64,000 nt of DNA from an uncultured virus (IMG/VR IMGVR_UViG_3300032893_002794) (lineage: Duplodnaviria; Heunggongvirae; Uroviricota; Caudoviricetes): IMG/VR virus record IMGVR_UViG_3300032893_002794; one strand, given 5' to 3'. The position numbers and the translations under genes are program-made. The notes beneath the pieces are model-generated. The model made no database searches and was not told the DNA's origin. It saw only the letters and a program-made list of their open reading frames with translations. Positions 38,055 to 47,549 of this stretch are shown here, one piece after another; position 1 is the first letter of the stretch, and every line of letters starts with the position of its first letter.

Positions 38055-38717
38055 CTACTTCTCTCCTTCGCCCGCAGATCTGCGAGCCAGTATCCGCTCC
38101 CTGAGGCCATCCACCACCAACCTCTCGGCCTCCTCGTAGTCGCGGGCCTGGCGGTTGCGGAGCTCGTAGAACTCTGTCGCCAGCTGGTTGCGAGGAGCGG
38201 CACACTTGGCGCACACGATCTCATTATGGCCGTCCACCTCTACCCAGGCGTGACTGGCCCAGGGTCCCTGGGGACCGAAGTGGGGCGACTTGAACAGGAG
38301 ATCTTCTATGTTCGACCTCCCGATCAGCTCGGCCGCGCACCCGGACCACCTGTCTGCCAGATCCTCGAGGTGAGTAGTGAGGACTTGGACGGGAGTGTCG
38401 TCGAGGGCCGTCCTGTCGCAGAGCGCGCACTTCTGCGAGGGCAGCGGTATCTTGATCGCGACGAACCCGCCCTCGAGACCGATGCTCACTCGTCTCTGTT
38501 CGCGCTCGCCATAGGAGTTGGTGCACCCAGAGGGAGTCTCGCCGCCGACCAGCTCCAAGTACTTGCGACGCGCCTCGGGACCGAGGGCGCCGGCCACCAC
38601 AGCGAGCTCCTTGTCGGCGCCGCATCTGCAACTCGAGGGCTTGCCGCATCTTGGACACGCTTCCGCGAGCACTCCGATCTTTCTCAGTACTCCAAGCACA
38701 CCTGCATTGTCGGTCAT
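38055..38717 (-). CDS. Cys-rich hypothetical protein
   Basis: Three CxxC pairs; AGGAGG RBS. Confidence 0.55.
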   Translation of the reverse strand: MTDNAGVLGVLRKIGVLAEACPRCGKPSSCRCGADKELAVVAGALGPEARRKYLELVGGETPSGCTNSYGEREQRRVSIGLEGGFVAIKIPLPSQKCALCDRTALDDTPVQVLTTHLEDLADRWSGCAAELIGRSNIEDLLFKSPHFGPQGPWASHAWVEVDGHNEIVCAKCAAPRNQLATEFYELRNRQARDYEEAERLVVDGLRERILARRSAGEGEK

Positions 38718-38722
38718 GCTGT

Positions 38723-40495
38723 TCAGTCCTCCTGGTCGAACAGGGCGTCCGACGCCCTGACCATGTTAGAGCTGGTGGTGACGAGCCCTCGGGCCCGCAG
38801 CTTCTGCAGGAAGGTGTCGCGCGAGCTGCGCTTGTAGGGCGTGGCCTCCGAGATGTAGTCCTTGGACACCTCGTCGGGGTGCGCCGCCACGGCGATGTCG
38901 AGCACGGCGCACTCACCCCTCGAGATCCTCTCCCTCCAGTACTCGCGCAGTTTCTCGCCCGTGGGCAGTGGCACGAACGAGTCGCCCAGGCGATCGACCC
39001 CTTCGTCCGTGGCCACGAGCTTGGTGCCCGCCTGCCTGGCGAGACCGGCCGAGCGGAGCTGCTGCAGGAAGGTGTCGCGCGAGCTCCGCTTGTAGCCGGT
39101 CAGCACGGTCAGCTGCTCACGCTCGAGGCCCTCCGGGTGCTGGGCCAGCGCGATGAGCACTCGCTGCGCTCCCGTGGAGAGTCGCTGATCGGCGAGGTCG
39201 CTCGCCTCGGAGTCTGACACTTCTCGCGACCGAGCGCGGTGCGGGAGCCTCGTCCACTCTCGACGACTTTTGCTCTCGGACAGTCGCTCGCCGCTCGTCT
39301 TCTCCGGGACGAGCGCCTCGGAGCTGTGGGCGATCTCGTCGAGCCTCGTCATCGACTTGCCTAGTGCTGACCAGGCAGACTTGAGCTCGGCGACGGCGTC
39401 CTCGAGCATCTTCATCATCTTGCGCGGGACCACGTCGAGCTTGACTTCGCTCACCACCGTCCTGCGGGCTGCATCGAGCTCGGACTGCAGGACTACAGCC
39501 CTCTCCTCCCACTTCTTCCGGGCCGCGACTGCCCGGTCGCGCTCTTCCTCGCACTTACGCAGCCTGACCTGCAGCTCGCGCGGGTCGGCCGCCCTCGCCT
39601 CCGCGGCAGCCTGCCCCATGGCGGCCTCGAGCTGAGCGAGGTCGAGCGGTCTCGTCTCGACCGCCGACCTCGTGGTCAGGGGGGTAGCGCCGGCGTCGTA
39701 CGTTGACTTCATCTGAATCTGGTAGCGGCCGTATATTCGTCGCGACGGGCACCAGACGACGGCTGTGCCGGTGGTCAGGCTCGGTAGCTCGTCGGCTAGA
39801 TCGGCGCGGTCGACAGCTCCCTTCTCCTTGACCCACTCGGCGAGAGCTTTGCGCTCGTGAGTGCCGATCGTCCTGTACGCGAAGACGGTGTCGGCCAGGT
39901 TCAGGACGTCCTTGCTGATCTTCTGGGGCCTCTGGCTGATCAGCATCATGCCGATCCCAAAATTGCGGCCGACCTCGGCGATCTCCTCGAACGCCCCGAG
40001 CATGCGCTCCTGCCCCTTCCACATGGTCTGCGGCACGAAGCGCTGGGCCTCCTCGAGCACCAGCTGCACGGGGCCCGGGTGCTTCTTCTTGGAGCGGAAG
40101 TAGGTCTCGGCGAAGTCAGTGGCGAACCTGCAGCGGTCGGCCTTGCTGAGCATCGACAGGTCGAGCACCGCCGACGAGGCCCGGCTGGCGAGAGCTTCTG
40201 CCACGACGGCACCCGAGTGTGCCTGCAGCGCTATGTCGCCGTGCCTGCCCCCGATCACCGGGATGGCGTAGGCCGACGGAGTCCTGCCGTCGGGCCGGAG
40301 TCGCAGCCCGAACCAGATCCCGACGTAGTCGAGCACGACCACAGGCACTGAGGCGTCGAGTAGCTGCTCTACTATCAGCACCGACCCGTTGGTCTTACCA
40401 CCGCCTCGGTTGCCGAGCGAGGCCATGACCTCGCAGGCTACCTCGGCCGCCGGCAGAGAGAGTCCTGGAGCCAGCTCCAGCTTCTTAAGTGCCAT
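38723..40495 (-). CDS. HerA/FtsK-superfamily ATPase with coiled coil and tandem C-terminal wHTH
   Basis: GNRGGGKT (Walker A), LVLEEA (Walker B), GRNFG...ISQRP; two YKRSSRDTFLQxLR repeats. Confidence 0.88.
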   Translation of the reverse strand: MALKKLELAPGLSLPAAEVACEVMASLGNRGGGKTNGSVLIVEQLLDASVPVVVLDYVGIWFGLRLRPDGRTPSAYAIPVIGGRHGDIALQAHSGAVVAEALASRASSAVLDLSMLSKADRCRFATDFAETYFRSKKKHPGPVQLVLEEAQRFVPQTMWKGQERMLGAFEEIAEVGRNFGIGMMLISQRPQKISKDVLNLADTVFAYRTIGTHERKALAEWVKEKGAVDRADLADELPSLTTGTAVVWCPSRRIYGRYQIQMKSTYDAGATPLTTRSAVETRPLDLAQLEAAMGQAAAEARAADPRELQVRLRKCEEERDRAVAARKKWEERAVVLQSELDAARRTVVSEVKLDVVPRKMMKMLEDAVAELKSAWSALGKSMTRLDEIAHSSEALVPEKTSGERLSESKSRREWTRLPHRARSREVSDSEASDLADQRLSTGAQRVLIALAQHPEGLEREQLTVLTGYKRSSRDTFLQQLRSAGLARQAGTKLVATDEGVDRLGDSFVPLPTGEKLREYWRERISRGECAVLDIAVAAHPDEVSKDYISEATPYKRSSRDTFLQKLRARGLVTTSSNMVRASDALFDQED

Positions 40496-41111
40496 GCGAC
40501 ATCCTCCTCGGGTCAGACAGACTGAGGGCAAACATCTCCGGCACGGGCGACTCGACGACGTCGAAGAAGGGGGCTCGGTCGAGACCTCGGGCGTGGTTCA
40601 AGGCCATGGGAATCAAGTAGCGCAGGCTCGGCAGGACCGGCCAGTTGGGAAAGTCCTTCATCTCGACGACCGTGACGCTGCCCTCGTCGCTCGAGTGCGA
40701 CGCGAGCTCGGAGGGAAACTCCTGCCGGTAATAGCCGTGGAAGAGCCACACCTCCCACTCGCCCGCGGCGTCGCGGAGCCTCCCGAACGGCCGCCACTCG
40801 ACGCGATCTCCGAGGGAGCCACCCGTCTCCTCTGCAAACTCCCTCACCATGGCGGCCATGGCGCCCTCGCCGGCGCCGACCTCGATCTTACCGCCGACGC
40901 CGTTGAGCCGCCCGAACTGCCAGTCGGGCTTGAGCTTGTGGATCAAGACGACGTGCTTGTAGGCGAAGTCGAAGCAGAAACCGAGCACGTAGCGCCTCAC
41001 CGCCTGCGGGGTCCTAGATCTCCAAAACCCCAGGATGGACTGCCGGCGCTTTTCGCTGACCCTGTAGTTTAGAATCTTCATGATCGGACTTCCTTTCGGT
41101 CTCCGCTTCAT
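40485..41111 (-). CDS. NUDIX hydrolase
   Basis: GVGGKIEVGAGEGAMAAMVREFAEETG Nudix box. Confidence 0.9.
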   Translation of the reverse strand: MKRRPKGSPIMKILNYRVSEKRRQSILGFWRSRTPQAVRRYVLGFCFDFAYKHVVLIHKLKPDWQFGRLNGVGGKIEVGAGEGAMAAMVREFAEETGGSLGDRVEWRPFGRLRDAAGEWEVWLFHGYYRQEFPSELASHSSDEGSVTVVEMKDFPNWPVLPSLRYLIPMALNHARGLDRAPFFDVVESPVPEMFALSLSDPRRMSHGT

Positions 41112-41441
41112 ATTGGACTCACAGACGGCCCAGCGTGGCGGTGAAGACGCGCGCCACGAGGTAGGCCAGGGCCGCAAACGCTGCCAACACGAGAGGCTCC
41201 GCAGCTCCCGGAGCCGTCACAGCTTACTCCTCGTGCTCGTCCTGGGCACGATCCGGATGTTGTGAACGACAGTACCGTCCGACTCGATCGTAGCATCCAT
41301 CTCGACTAGCGAGCCATCGTCGTAGGTCACCCGCTGGTGGGCGCTGCGGGCTGAGCACTTCTTGGCCAGCTCGAGAGTGCTCTTGAGCCAGAAACCCGCG
41401 CTCGAGCCGCGGTAGAAAGACTCGATCGAATAGCTCATGAT

Positions 41442-42050
41442 CTACCCGAGCCCGAGCTCGAGGTTGATCTCCTCGACGGGGACCGCGAGATCTACCACCT
41501 GCGACGTGGGGCTCATGCTATCCATGAACTGGGCCGCCTCGGGCCACGTCGCGAGAAGCTGACTCGACGATCTGCAGCTCTCGAGCAGGGCCAGCACGTC
41601 CCGCCGCGCCTTCTCCCGCCTGGCGTTGAGATCTCGGCGACGCTTCGAGACCTCGGAGTGCTCGACCGCGATCGGGTGATCCGACTCGTAGTTGACGACC
41701 GGCTTGAAGCTGTTGTCCTTGTCGGCTACTCTCCTCTCACCGAACCTCACTTGGTCCACCTCACCGTCGAACGCAACTGTGAGGCTGGTAGCGATCGGCA
41801 GGAACCCCTCTGGCATCTTGGACATCAGCCTCTGGACCTCCTTCGGGTAGACGTCGTCGTAGACCATGCCGCCGAGCAATAGCTCAGACGCCCTCATCCT
41901 CTCCTCCTCGGAGTCGAACGCTCGCGCGAGAGCCCTCCGCAGGATGGTCTGCCGGTACTGCTCATTGAGCCTGAAGTTTGAGATCTCCGGCCCTCTCGCT
42001 GACTGCTTCTGCTTCTTCATGGACCACTTCCTTTCAGGTTTCCGCTTCAC
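41442..42050 (-). CDS. Nmad5-like (nucleotide-modification-associated) protein
   Basis: RLNEQYRQTILRRAL and LESCRSSSQLLATWPEA. Confidence 0.7.
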   Translation of the reverse strand: MKRKPERKWSMKKQKQSARGPEISNFRLNEQYRQTILRRALARAFDSEEERMRASELLLGGMVYDDVYPKEVQRLMSKMPEGFLPIATSLTVAFDGEVDQVRFGERRVADKDNSFKPVVNYESDHPIAVEHSEVSKRRRDLNARREKARRDVLALLESCRSSSQLLATWPEAAQFMDSMSPTSQVVDLAVPVEEINLELGLG

Positions 42051-42682
42051 CTAGGCCTCACGGCCTGCCCAGCGCGGTGATGTAGACATACGCAACGAGA
42101 TAGGCCAAAGCCGCGAACGCTGTCAGCACCAGTCCCAGGAGGACGAGTCCGACCACCCGCTCGCAGAGTGCCGCGGGCAGCGATCTTTGCAGGAGGCGCA
42201 TGGCCTCGCGCCACGAGAGCCTCGCGGGCACCGTCTTCGCGATGTCCCGGGCGACGTCCCAGGCCTCCCTGGCGAGCTCCCTGACGGTCACTCGCTTCCC
42301 CCCGTGGCGACGGTCCTGCCGACGATCTCGTCGTAGTAGTAGGTGACGTGGCAGCCGGAGCACTCGACGACGCAATCGGTGCCGTCCTCGGCCCGGCTGT
42401 TGCTGCCGGCGCACACCGGGCAGCTCCTCCTGCTGTGGCCAAGAATCTTTCGCAGAGCTCGCTCCCAGCCACAGCTGACGTCTCCTAACACGCCGAGCAC
42501 CTCGCCTATGCACACGGCTACGGCATTAACGACCATCTCGGCTGCCACGAGCGCGGCCACCACCACGAGCAGCGCGACCACGACCGCGCAGCTGGCGCCC
42601 GCCAGAAAAGATAAGATCCCCCAGAGAGATCTCCTCAGGTATCGCATCATCTTGTAGGTCATAAAGTCCACGCGAGTCTCCT

Positions 42683-43255
42683 TCAGGACCTCGGCACCCT
42701 AGTGACGGCCTCGACTATCCTCCGCACGTGGTCGCGCATCCTCCTGCCGCGAGGACTGGCGGAGATCCCGGAGAGGGCGGCGACGAGCACCGCCACCCTC
42801 CGGCCGTAGCCGCGGTCGACCGTCTCGCCGGCGTACCTCGACGTGCTGCCCTTGGCTGCCAAGATCTGTGCGGCGACCCGCACGTTGAGGGCGGGATCGT
42901 ATAGCTCCTCGAGTCGCATTCCCCTGACGAGCCCGTTCGTGCAGTGCCCTCGGTCGTCGAGCACGCACCTGACGCCGCACAACCCGGCGTCTCCCTTGCT
43001 CGGAGACGCCCAGAACACCGCCCGCGCGCGCAGGTCGCTCTCGTTGATGCAGACGGCGAGCATCTCAACCGGGTCGGCCGCCTCGCGGAGGGCCGCCGCC
43101 ACTCGCTCACACCGACCCCGCGACCACCCGTAGCGACTTGACCCGAGAGCATCCTTCACCTGGCAGACCAGCTCTCCGGTGACGACAGCGCTCGGGACGT
43201 CACCGTCACTGGCCGTCAGAAGAACTACTACTGAGATCGCAAGTGAGCTCAGCAC
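42683..43255 (-). CDS. SLT-like lytic transglycosylase with signal peptide
   Basis: Hydrophobic N-terminus; LAVCINES, DAGLCGV, LYDPALNVRVAAQIL. Confidence 0.75.
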   Translation of the reverse strand: MLSSLAISVVVLLTASDGDVPSAVVTGELVCQVKDALGSSRYGWSRGRCERVAAALREAADPVEMLAVCINESDLRARAVFWASPSKGDAGLCGVRCVLDDRGHCTNGLVRGMRLEELYDPALNVRVAAQILAAKGSTSRYAGETVDRGYGRRVAVLVAALSGISASPRGRRMRDHVRRIVEAVTRVPRS

Positions 43256-43677
43256 TACTTCGCTCCCTCAGGACCCTCATCCCCGCTGGACAACAGCTCA
43301 GTGTGTGACTCAACAACGACCTCCAATGACGGGCTCAGCACGAAGTAGACGATCGATCTCTGATTATGCGTCAAATCGTACGCCATCAAGCAGTACCTCA
43401 CCATCTCGCCTTGCAGACCACCCTTGCACTGATCGCAATCGCTCTTCGCTGTCTTGATCAATTGAGCAACTACTCCCCTAACGTAATCGGACTCTGGAAT
43501 GGAGTGACAAGTCAACTGATGGTACTCGAGGTAGGGCCCCCCAGCGTCAGACCTCCAGAGAACTATCTCGTGCTCGTTCAGGTACAATCTACAGGCCTGA
43601 GAGAGACTGCGCCTCTCCACTTCGCGGAAGTAGCTCTCCAAAAAGGTCGTGAGCAATGCGGTCGCGTCGGTAGTCAT
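43255..43677 (-). CDS. Hypothetical protein
   Basis: 140 aa; lower GC; TAKSDCD...YCLMAY. Confidence 0.5.
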   Translation of the reverse strand: MTTDATALLTTFLESYFREVERRSLSQACRLYLNEHEIVLWRSDAGGPYLEYHQLTCHSIPESDYVRGVVAQLIKTAKSDCDQCKGGLQGEMVRYCLMAYDLTHNQRSIVYFVLSPSLEVVVESHTELLSSGDEGPEGAK

Positions 43678-44399
43678 GACTTGGTTCTCTCGTCCCAGCG
43701 CATGCCGAGCACCACGAAGTTAAGGCCAAGTACCGTCTTGCCCTTAGCCCACCCAATGTCTGACGGTCGCAAGATATTGACTATCATGCCTCGCACCTCG
43801 CGTCCCGTGTACCCCAGTGCTCGCGCCCTAGCCTCCGATACGTCGATGCTGGCACACCTCTCGGGGTCATACTCGCAAAGCACTACTATGTCGCCGACTG
43901 CGAACCCGCGATCGTCCTCCCGGACCTCGAACGACTTCTTCCCGTCTACCACCTCCTGGAAACACTGGGGCCACGACTTGAGATAATGAGTAGCCTTCCT
44001 GGGGAGTCTGCGGTTACTGACGCCCCCCGATCGATCGCCATTGACCACAGTGTCTGGACCGCTCTCGCCCGACACTATCATCCCGTCCGCACTGAAGAGG
44101 AAACGATAGACCAGCCGATATTTCGTGTTCGATTCTAGCAGGTACAGCACATACGACCTAGGGCTCCCGCTACCGCATCGGCTCCAGTCCGCCCGAGCGT
44201 TGGACACCAAGTAATAGATCGCCTCGTCCAAGAGAGTTCCTCCCAATGAGAAGGTTGCTGAAGTCACGGAGCTGATGACTTCATTGCCTCGATAGACCTC
44301 CAGCTGTGTCATGCCCCCCTCATGATCGACAGAACACCTCGAGACGAAACTCTGTGCGAAATCGATCATGTACTCTACGACAACCGACCTATCGCTCAC
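43674..44399 (-). CDS. Fusion of an unknown N-domain to an ASCH/PUA-like (DUF3850) domain
   Basis: HYLKSWPQCFQEVVDGKKSFEVREDDRGFAVGDIVVLCEYD...YTGRE. Confidence 0.75.
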   Translation of the reverse strand: MSDRSVVVEYMIDFAQSFVSRCSVDHEGGMTQLEVYRGNEVISSVTSATFSLGGTLLDEAIYYLVSNARADWSRCGSGSPRSYVLYLLESNTKYRLVYRFLFSADGMIVSGESGPDTVVNGDRSGGVSNRRLPRKATHYLKSWPQCFQEVVDGKKSFEVREDDRGFAVGDIVVLCEYDPERCASIDVSEARARALGYTGREVRGMIVNILRPSDIGWAKGKTVLGLNFVVLGMRWDERTKS

Positions 44400-45694
44400 G
44401 ACTTGAGTCTCCCTTCATTCCTCAAGAAATCATTGAGCGACTCCTCGTTGTCGTCCGCCCTCAGGACGTCGAGCAGGTGCTCGATAGCATGGTTGCCTGG
44501 AAAAAGGGCGAGCGCGACCTCGCAGTAGTGCCTGGCCTCGGTCCGCCGGCCGAGCTCGCGCAGGGCCGCTGCCACGAGCACGGGAGTCGACCTCTCGAGC
44601 AGGTCGCTCTGGTCGAGCGGCTGCGGCTCGGACATGTGCCGCAGGCCCTGCTCGTACGCGACCACGGCCTCAGCGTGCCTGCCCTCGCGGAGCCTCGAGC
44701 GGCATAGCCTCATCGCGGCCGCGACGCTCGGGTAGTGCTCGAGCGCCCGCTCGTACCAGCGCGAGGCCTGCGCGAAGCTCAGCTCGTCCTCGCAGATCTC
44801 GCCGAGCATCGAGCAGGCCCAGGCCGCCTCGGCAGACCACGTCGAGCGAGGCAGATACCTCTCGAGCAGCGCGGCCGCCAGGCGCGGCATGCACGTCTTG
44901 GCCTCGGCCGCCAGGTAGAGGGTGTCACGGTTGCTGATGTCCCACCCGCTCGACCTCGCCTGGTGGTAGAGCACCTTCAAGTTCCTGCCCGGCACCCTCA
45001 GCCCCGCCCCGGAGCTGTCGCGGCAGTCGCGGACCACGAGGCTGCCGTCGACGTGAGCGACCTTGACGGGGTCGTAGCCTACCAGTCTCTCGTGGACCTT
45101 GCCCTCCCAGCGGATGCGCTGGTCATTGAGCGCGAGCCGCTCGCGCGATCCCCCGCCGGCGGGGGTCAAGTACCTCGTGCTGGCGGCCTCCACGCCCCTC
45201 TCCTCGAGGAGCTCGCACAGCCCCGGCAGGCTCTGCGGGTCGTCCACCACGTCGTCCACGTCCAAGAACAGCCTCCATCTCGCCCGGTGCAGCTGCCACC
45301 CCAGGTTCCGGGCGGCCGCCCAGTCCGCGAGCAGCGGCTGCCCAGTGAACGGTCCCTCGTACCTCTCGCCCACGAAAGATTCTCCAACCGCGTAGGTCTC
45401 GGGGACGTCGAGCAGGTAGAGGTGCGGGTGGGTAGCAGCCGTGACTTCGACCACTTCGACCGACGGTCGGCTGTGTCCCGGCACCAGATCCCTCCCCTCC
45501 CACGACCGCAGCACGGCGACGGTGTCGTCCGACGTGTCGTTGACCACCGCCACCACCTCGGCGAGGTAAGGCCCGACCGACGAGAGGAGGCGCCGCAACA
45601 CGCTAGCACCGTTCTTGACGAGCAGGTGCAGCCCCACGCTCGCCTCGCACGACTCGGACGGTCCGCGGAGGACTATGCGATCGCCAGCTCCCAC
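44396..45694 (-). CDS. GT2 glycosyltransferase with TPR repeats (paralog of 29421-30512)
   Basis: LHLLVKNG, FTGQPLLADWAAARN, LDVDD, WEGKVHE; C-terminal TPR helices. Confidence 0.88.
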   Translation of the reverse strand: MGAGDRIVLRGPSESCEASVGLHLLVKNGASVLRRLLSSVGPYLAEVVAVVNDTSDDTVAVLRSWEGRDLVPGHSRPSVEVVEVTAATHPHLYLLDVPETYAVGESFVGERYEGPFTGQPLLADWAAARNLGWQLHRARWRLFLDVDDVVDDPQSLPGLCELLEERGVEAASTRYLTPAGGGSRERLALNDQRIRWEGKVHERLVGYDPVKVAHVDGSLVVRDCRDSSGAGLRVPGRNLKVLYHQARSSGWDISNRDTLYLAAEAKTCMPRLAAALLERYLPRSTWSAEAAWACSMLGEICEDELSFAQASRWYERALEHYPSVAAAMRLCRSRLREGRHAEAVVAYEQGLRHMSEPQPLDQSDLLERSTPVLVAAALRELGRRTEARHYCEVALALFPGNHAIEHLLDVLRADDNEESLNDFLRNEGRLKS

Positions 45695-45969
45695 CCGTCA
45701 CCCTCCCGGAGTGTCCGACGACTTGACGTCCCGAGCGAAGAGACAGACGTCGGCTGTCGTCTGGGCGAAGGCCGAGCGGGCCATGGCGACAAACTCCTGC
45801 TCTGTGGTGAGCGGGAAAGCCGCCACGAGCCTAGCGGCCGTCACCCTCAGCTCAGAGTTGCAGAGGGAGACGATCGCCCCGCTGTAGCGCAGCCTGAGCT
45901 GCTGGCGCCTCTCCTCGTTATGGAGATCTTCTATCTGCCTGCCGTCCGTCGACATCGTCATGGCGCGCT

Positions 45970-46485
45970 CTAGTCCGGCAGCTTGAACGGCGAGACGATC
46001 ACCCGAGGCTCGACGTACACGGGCCGCGTCTCGGGCCCGTTCGGGTTCTTGCACAAGATCCAGGTACCCTCGGCAGATGCCGGCGAGAAGAGCCCGTTCG
46101 GGTCGGCCTGCGGCAGCGCTACGGCGGACACACCATTACCGTACTCGACGTGCGGCTTTTGCGGGCTCGTGAACTGCGTGGCGTACGGGATCCCAAAACC
46201 GACGCTCTGGCAGAAGAAGACCTTCTTGCCCTGCATGTCGCTCCACAGGTACGTGTAGGTCACGAGACCGTCCTGGTCGCGCATCTCCAAGATATCCTTG
46301 TACAGCTTGCGCTCGCGGAAATTCTTGATGGCCGGCATGCCGACCTGGCTCGTGCCCTCCTGCAAGATCTTCTCCTGCTGGTCCCGCTGGATGTCGTCCG
46401 ACGACGGACGCCGCTCCTCGCACCCGCCGACTGCGACTAGTGCCAGGAGTACTACCAATATTCTCGACGCGTTCGCGATCTTCAT
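45970..46485 (-). CDS. Lipoprotein
   Basis: Lipobox VGG-C after a hydrophobic stretch; GIPYATQFTSP, PQADPNGLF. Confidence 0.8.
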   Translation of the reverse strand: MKIANASRILVVLLALVAVGGCEERRPSSDDIQRDQQEKILQEGTSQVGMPAIKNFRERKLYKDILEMRDQDGLVTYTYLWSDMQGKKVFFCQSVGFGIPYATQFTSPQKPHVEYGNGVSAVALPQADPNGLFSPASAEGTWILCKNPNGPETRPVYVEPRVIVSPFKLPD

Positions 46486-46847
46486 TCGAAGCTCCTCTTG
46501 TTAGTGCCCGTCCTCTCGTCCTGCAGCTGCCGGACAAAGGCTCGCAGGGCGGCCGGCACCACGGGATCGTCCATGTTGTAGCCTGCCGACCTGTGCAGGA
46601 TGACGTCGGCCAAGGCCGCCCTCGCCTCCTTGTCGACCGTCTCGACGTACTTGAACTGCATGTTCTCGAGCTCCTGCACCATGCCCTGGTTGAAGGCTCG
46701 GGTCTGCTCAAATACTTGGCGCCGCACGGCCTCCTGGCGAGGAGCGAACACCTTGTAGAGGAAGAAATCGTTGCCCTGTGAGATCCAGGTCAGCGCGAAG
46801 ATGCCCGCGATGATGCCCAAGATCGCTGCCGTCGTCTTCAACTTCAT
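46482..46847 (-). CDS. Membrane-anchored protein coupled to the lipoprotein gene
   Basis: N-terminal TM; EAVRRQVFEQTRAFNQG. Confidence 0.7.
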   Translation of the reverse strand: MKLKTTAAILGIIAGIFALTWISQGNDFFLYKVFAPRQEAVRRQVFEQTRAFNQGMVQELENMQFKYVETVDKEARAALADVILHRSAGYNMDDPVVPAALRAFVRQLQDERTGTNKRSFE

Positions 46848-46882
46848 CTCGTGTTCCTTTCCAAGGATTGTTGATGTCCGCC

Positions 46883-46911
46883 AAATTACCACCTGCGGAA
46901 GCAGGTGTCAA
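46883..46911 (-). promoter_or_regulatory. Sigma70-type promoter
   Basis: TTGACA-N17-TAATTT with TG extension. Confidence 0.65.
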
Positions 46912-47549
46912 CTAGTAAAGAGCGCAGCAACCACCGACCACAGGCTGTCGGCGACCTCTCGTATCGACTTTCCACCGGCGTCAACCGTGACCCACTTCTT
47001 GTAATTTCCAGCTTGGAAAATATCCCACATGCGAGCGTACTCGGCGGCTATCTCCAGCTGCCGTCCAGAGTGCGCCTCGTACAGGTCACTGCCCCTCCGG
47101 TGAGCGACGTCACCCGCGGGGACTCGGAGCAGCACGTACAGGTCAGGCTGAAGCAGCTCCTCGTACGTCTTGACGATCCAATCTTGCAATACGAGACCGT
47201 CAAGTCTGCCGTACACGATCGCCGACGGCCACCACCTCGCGCAAACTGCCCACATGCCAGCAGACATCGCGGCCCGCACCCGAGCCGCTACCTGGTACCT
47301 GCAGGCGGCCTGCAGGCACTCGAGCTCGCGGGCCTCGGCAGAAGTCCTGCCCTCGAGCTTGTGCGTCCGCAGGTGCTCGGAGATCGCCTGTCCCACCGGT
47401 GTCGAGTAGTCAGGCGTCGTAAACCTCTCGGCGGAAACCCCAGAGCGGACCAGCCGCTCGGTCAAGATCTTGGCCTGCACGTCCTTGCCGACCCGGTCAG
47501 CACCCTCGATCACCACGAAGCGCGGACTGCTACTCGAAGTCGACGTCAT
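46908..47549 (-). CDS. tmk: Thymidylate kinase-like protein
   Basis: FVVIEGADRVGKD P-loop; CARWWPSAIVYG (DRY-equivalent); QPDL. Confidence 0.8.
   Translation of the reverse strand: MTSTSSSSPRFVVIEGADRVGKDVQAKILTERLVRSGVSAERFTTPDYSTPVGQAISEHLRTHKLEGRTSAEARELECLQAACRYQVAARVRAAMSAGMWAVCARWWPSAIVYGRLDGLVLQDWIVKTYEELLQPDLYVLLRVPAGDVAHRRGSDLYEAHSGRQLEIAAEYARMWDIFQAGNYKKWVTVDAGGKSIREVADSLWSVVAALFTS

Noticed and set aside
38723..40495. HerA-like ATPase as the genome-packaging ATPase
   Set aside because: It is far from the structural block and carries coiled-coil and wHTH extensions unlike compact packaging ATPases.
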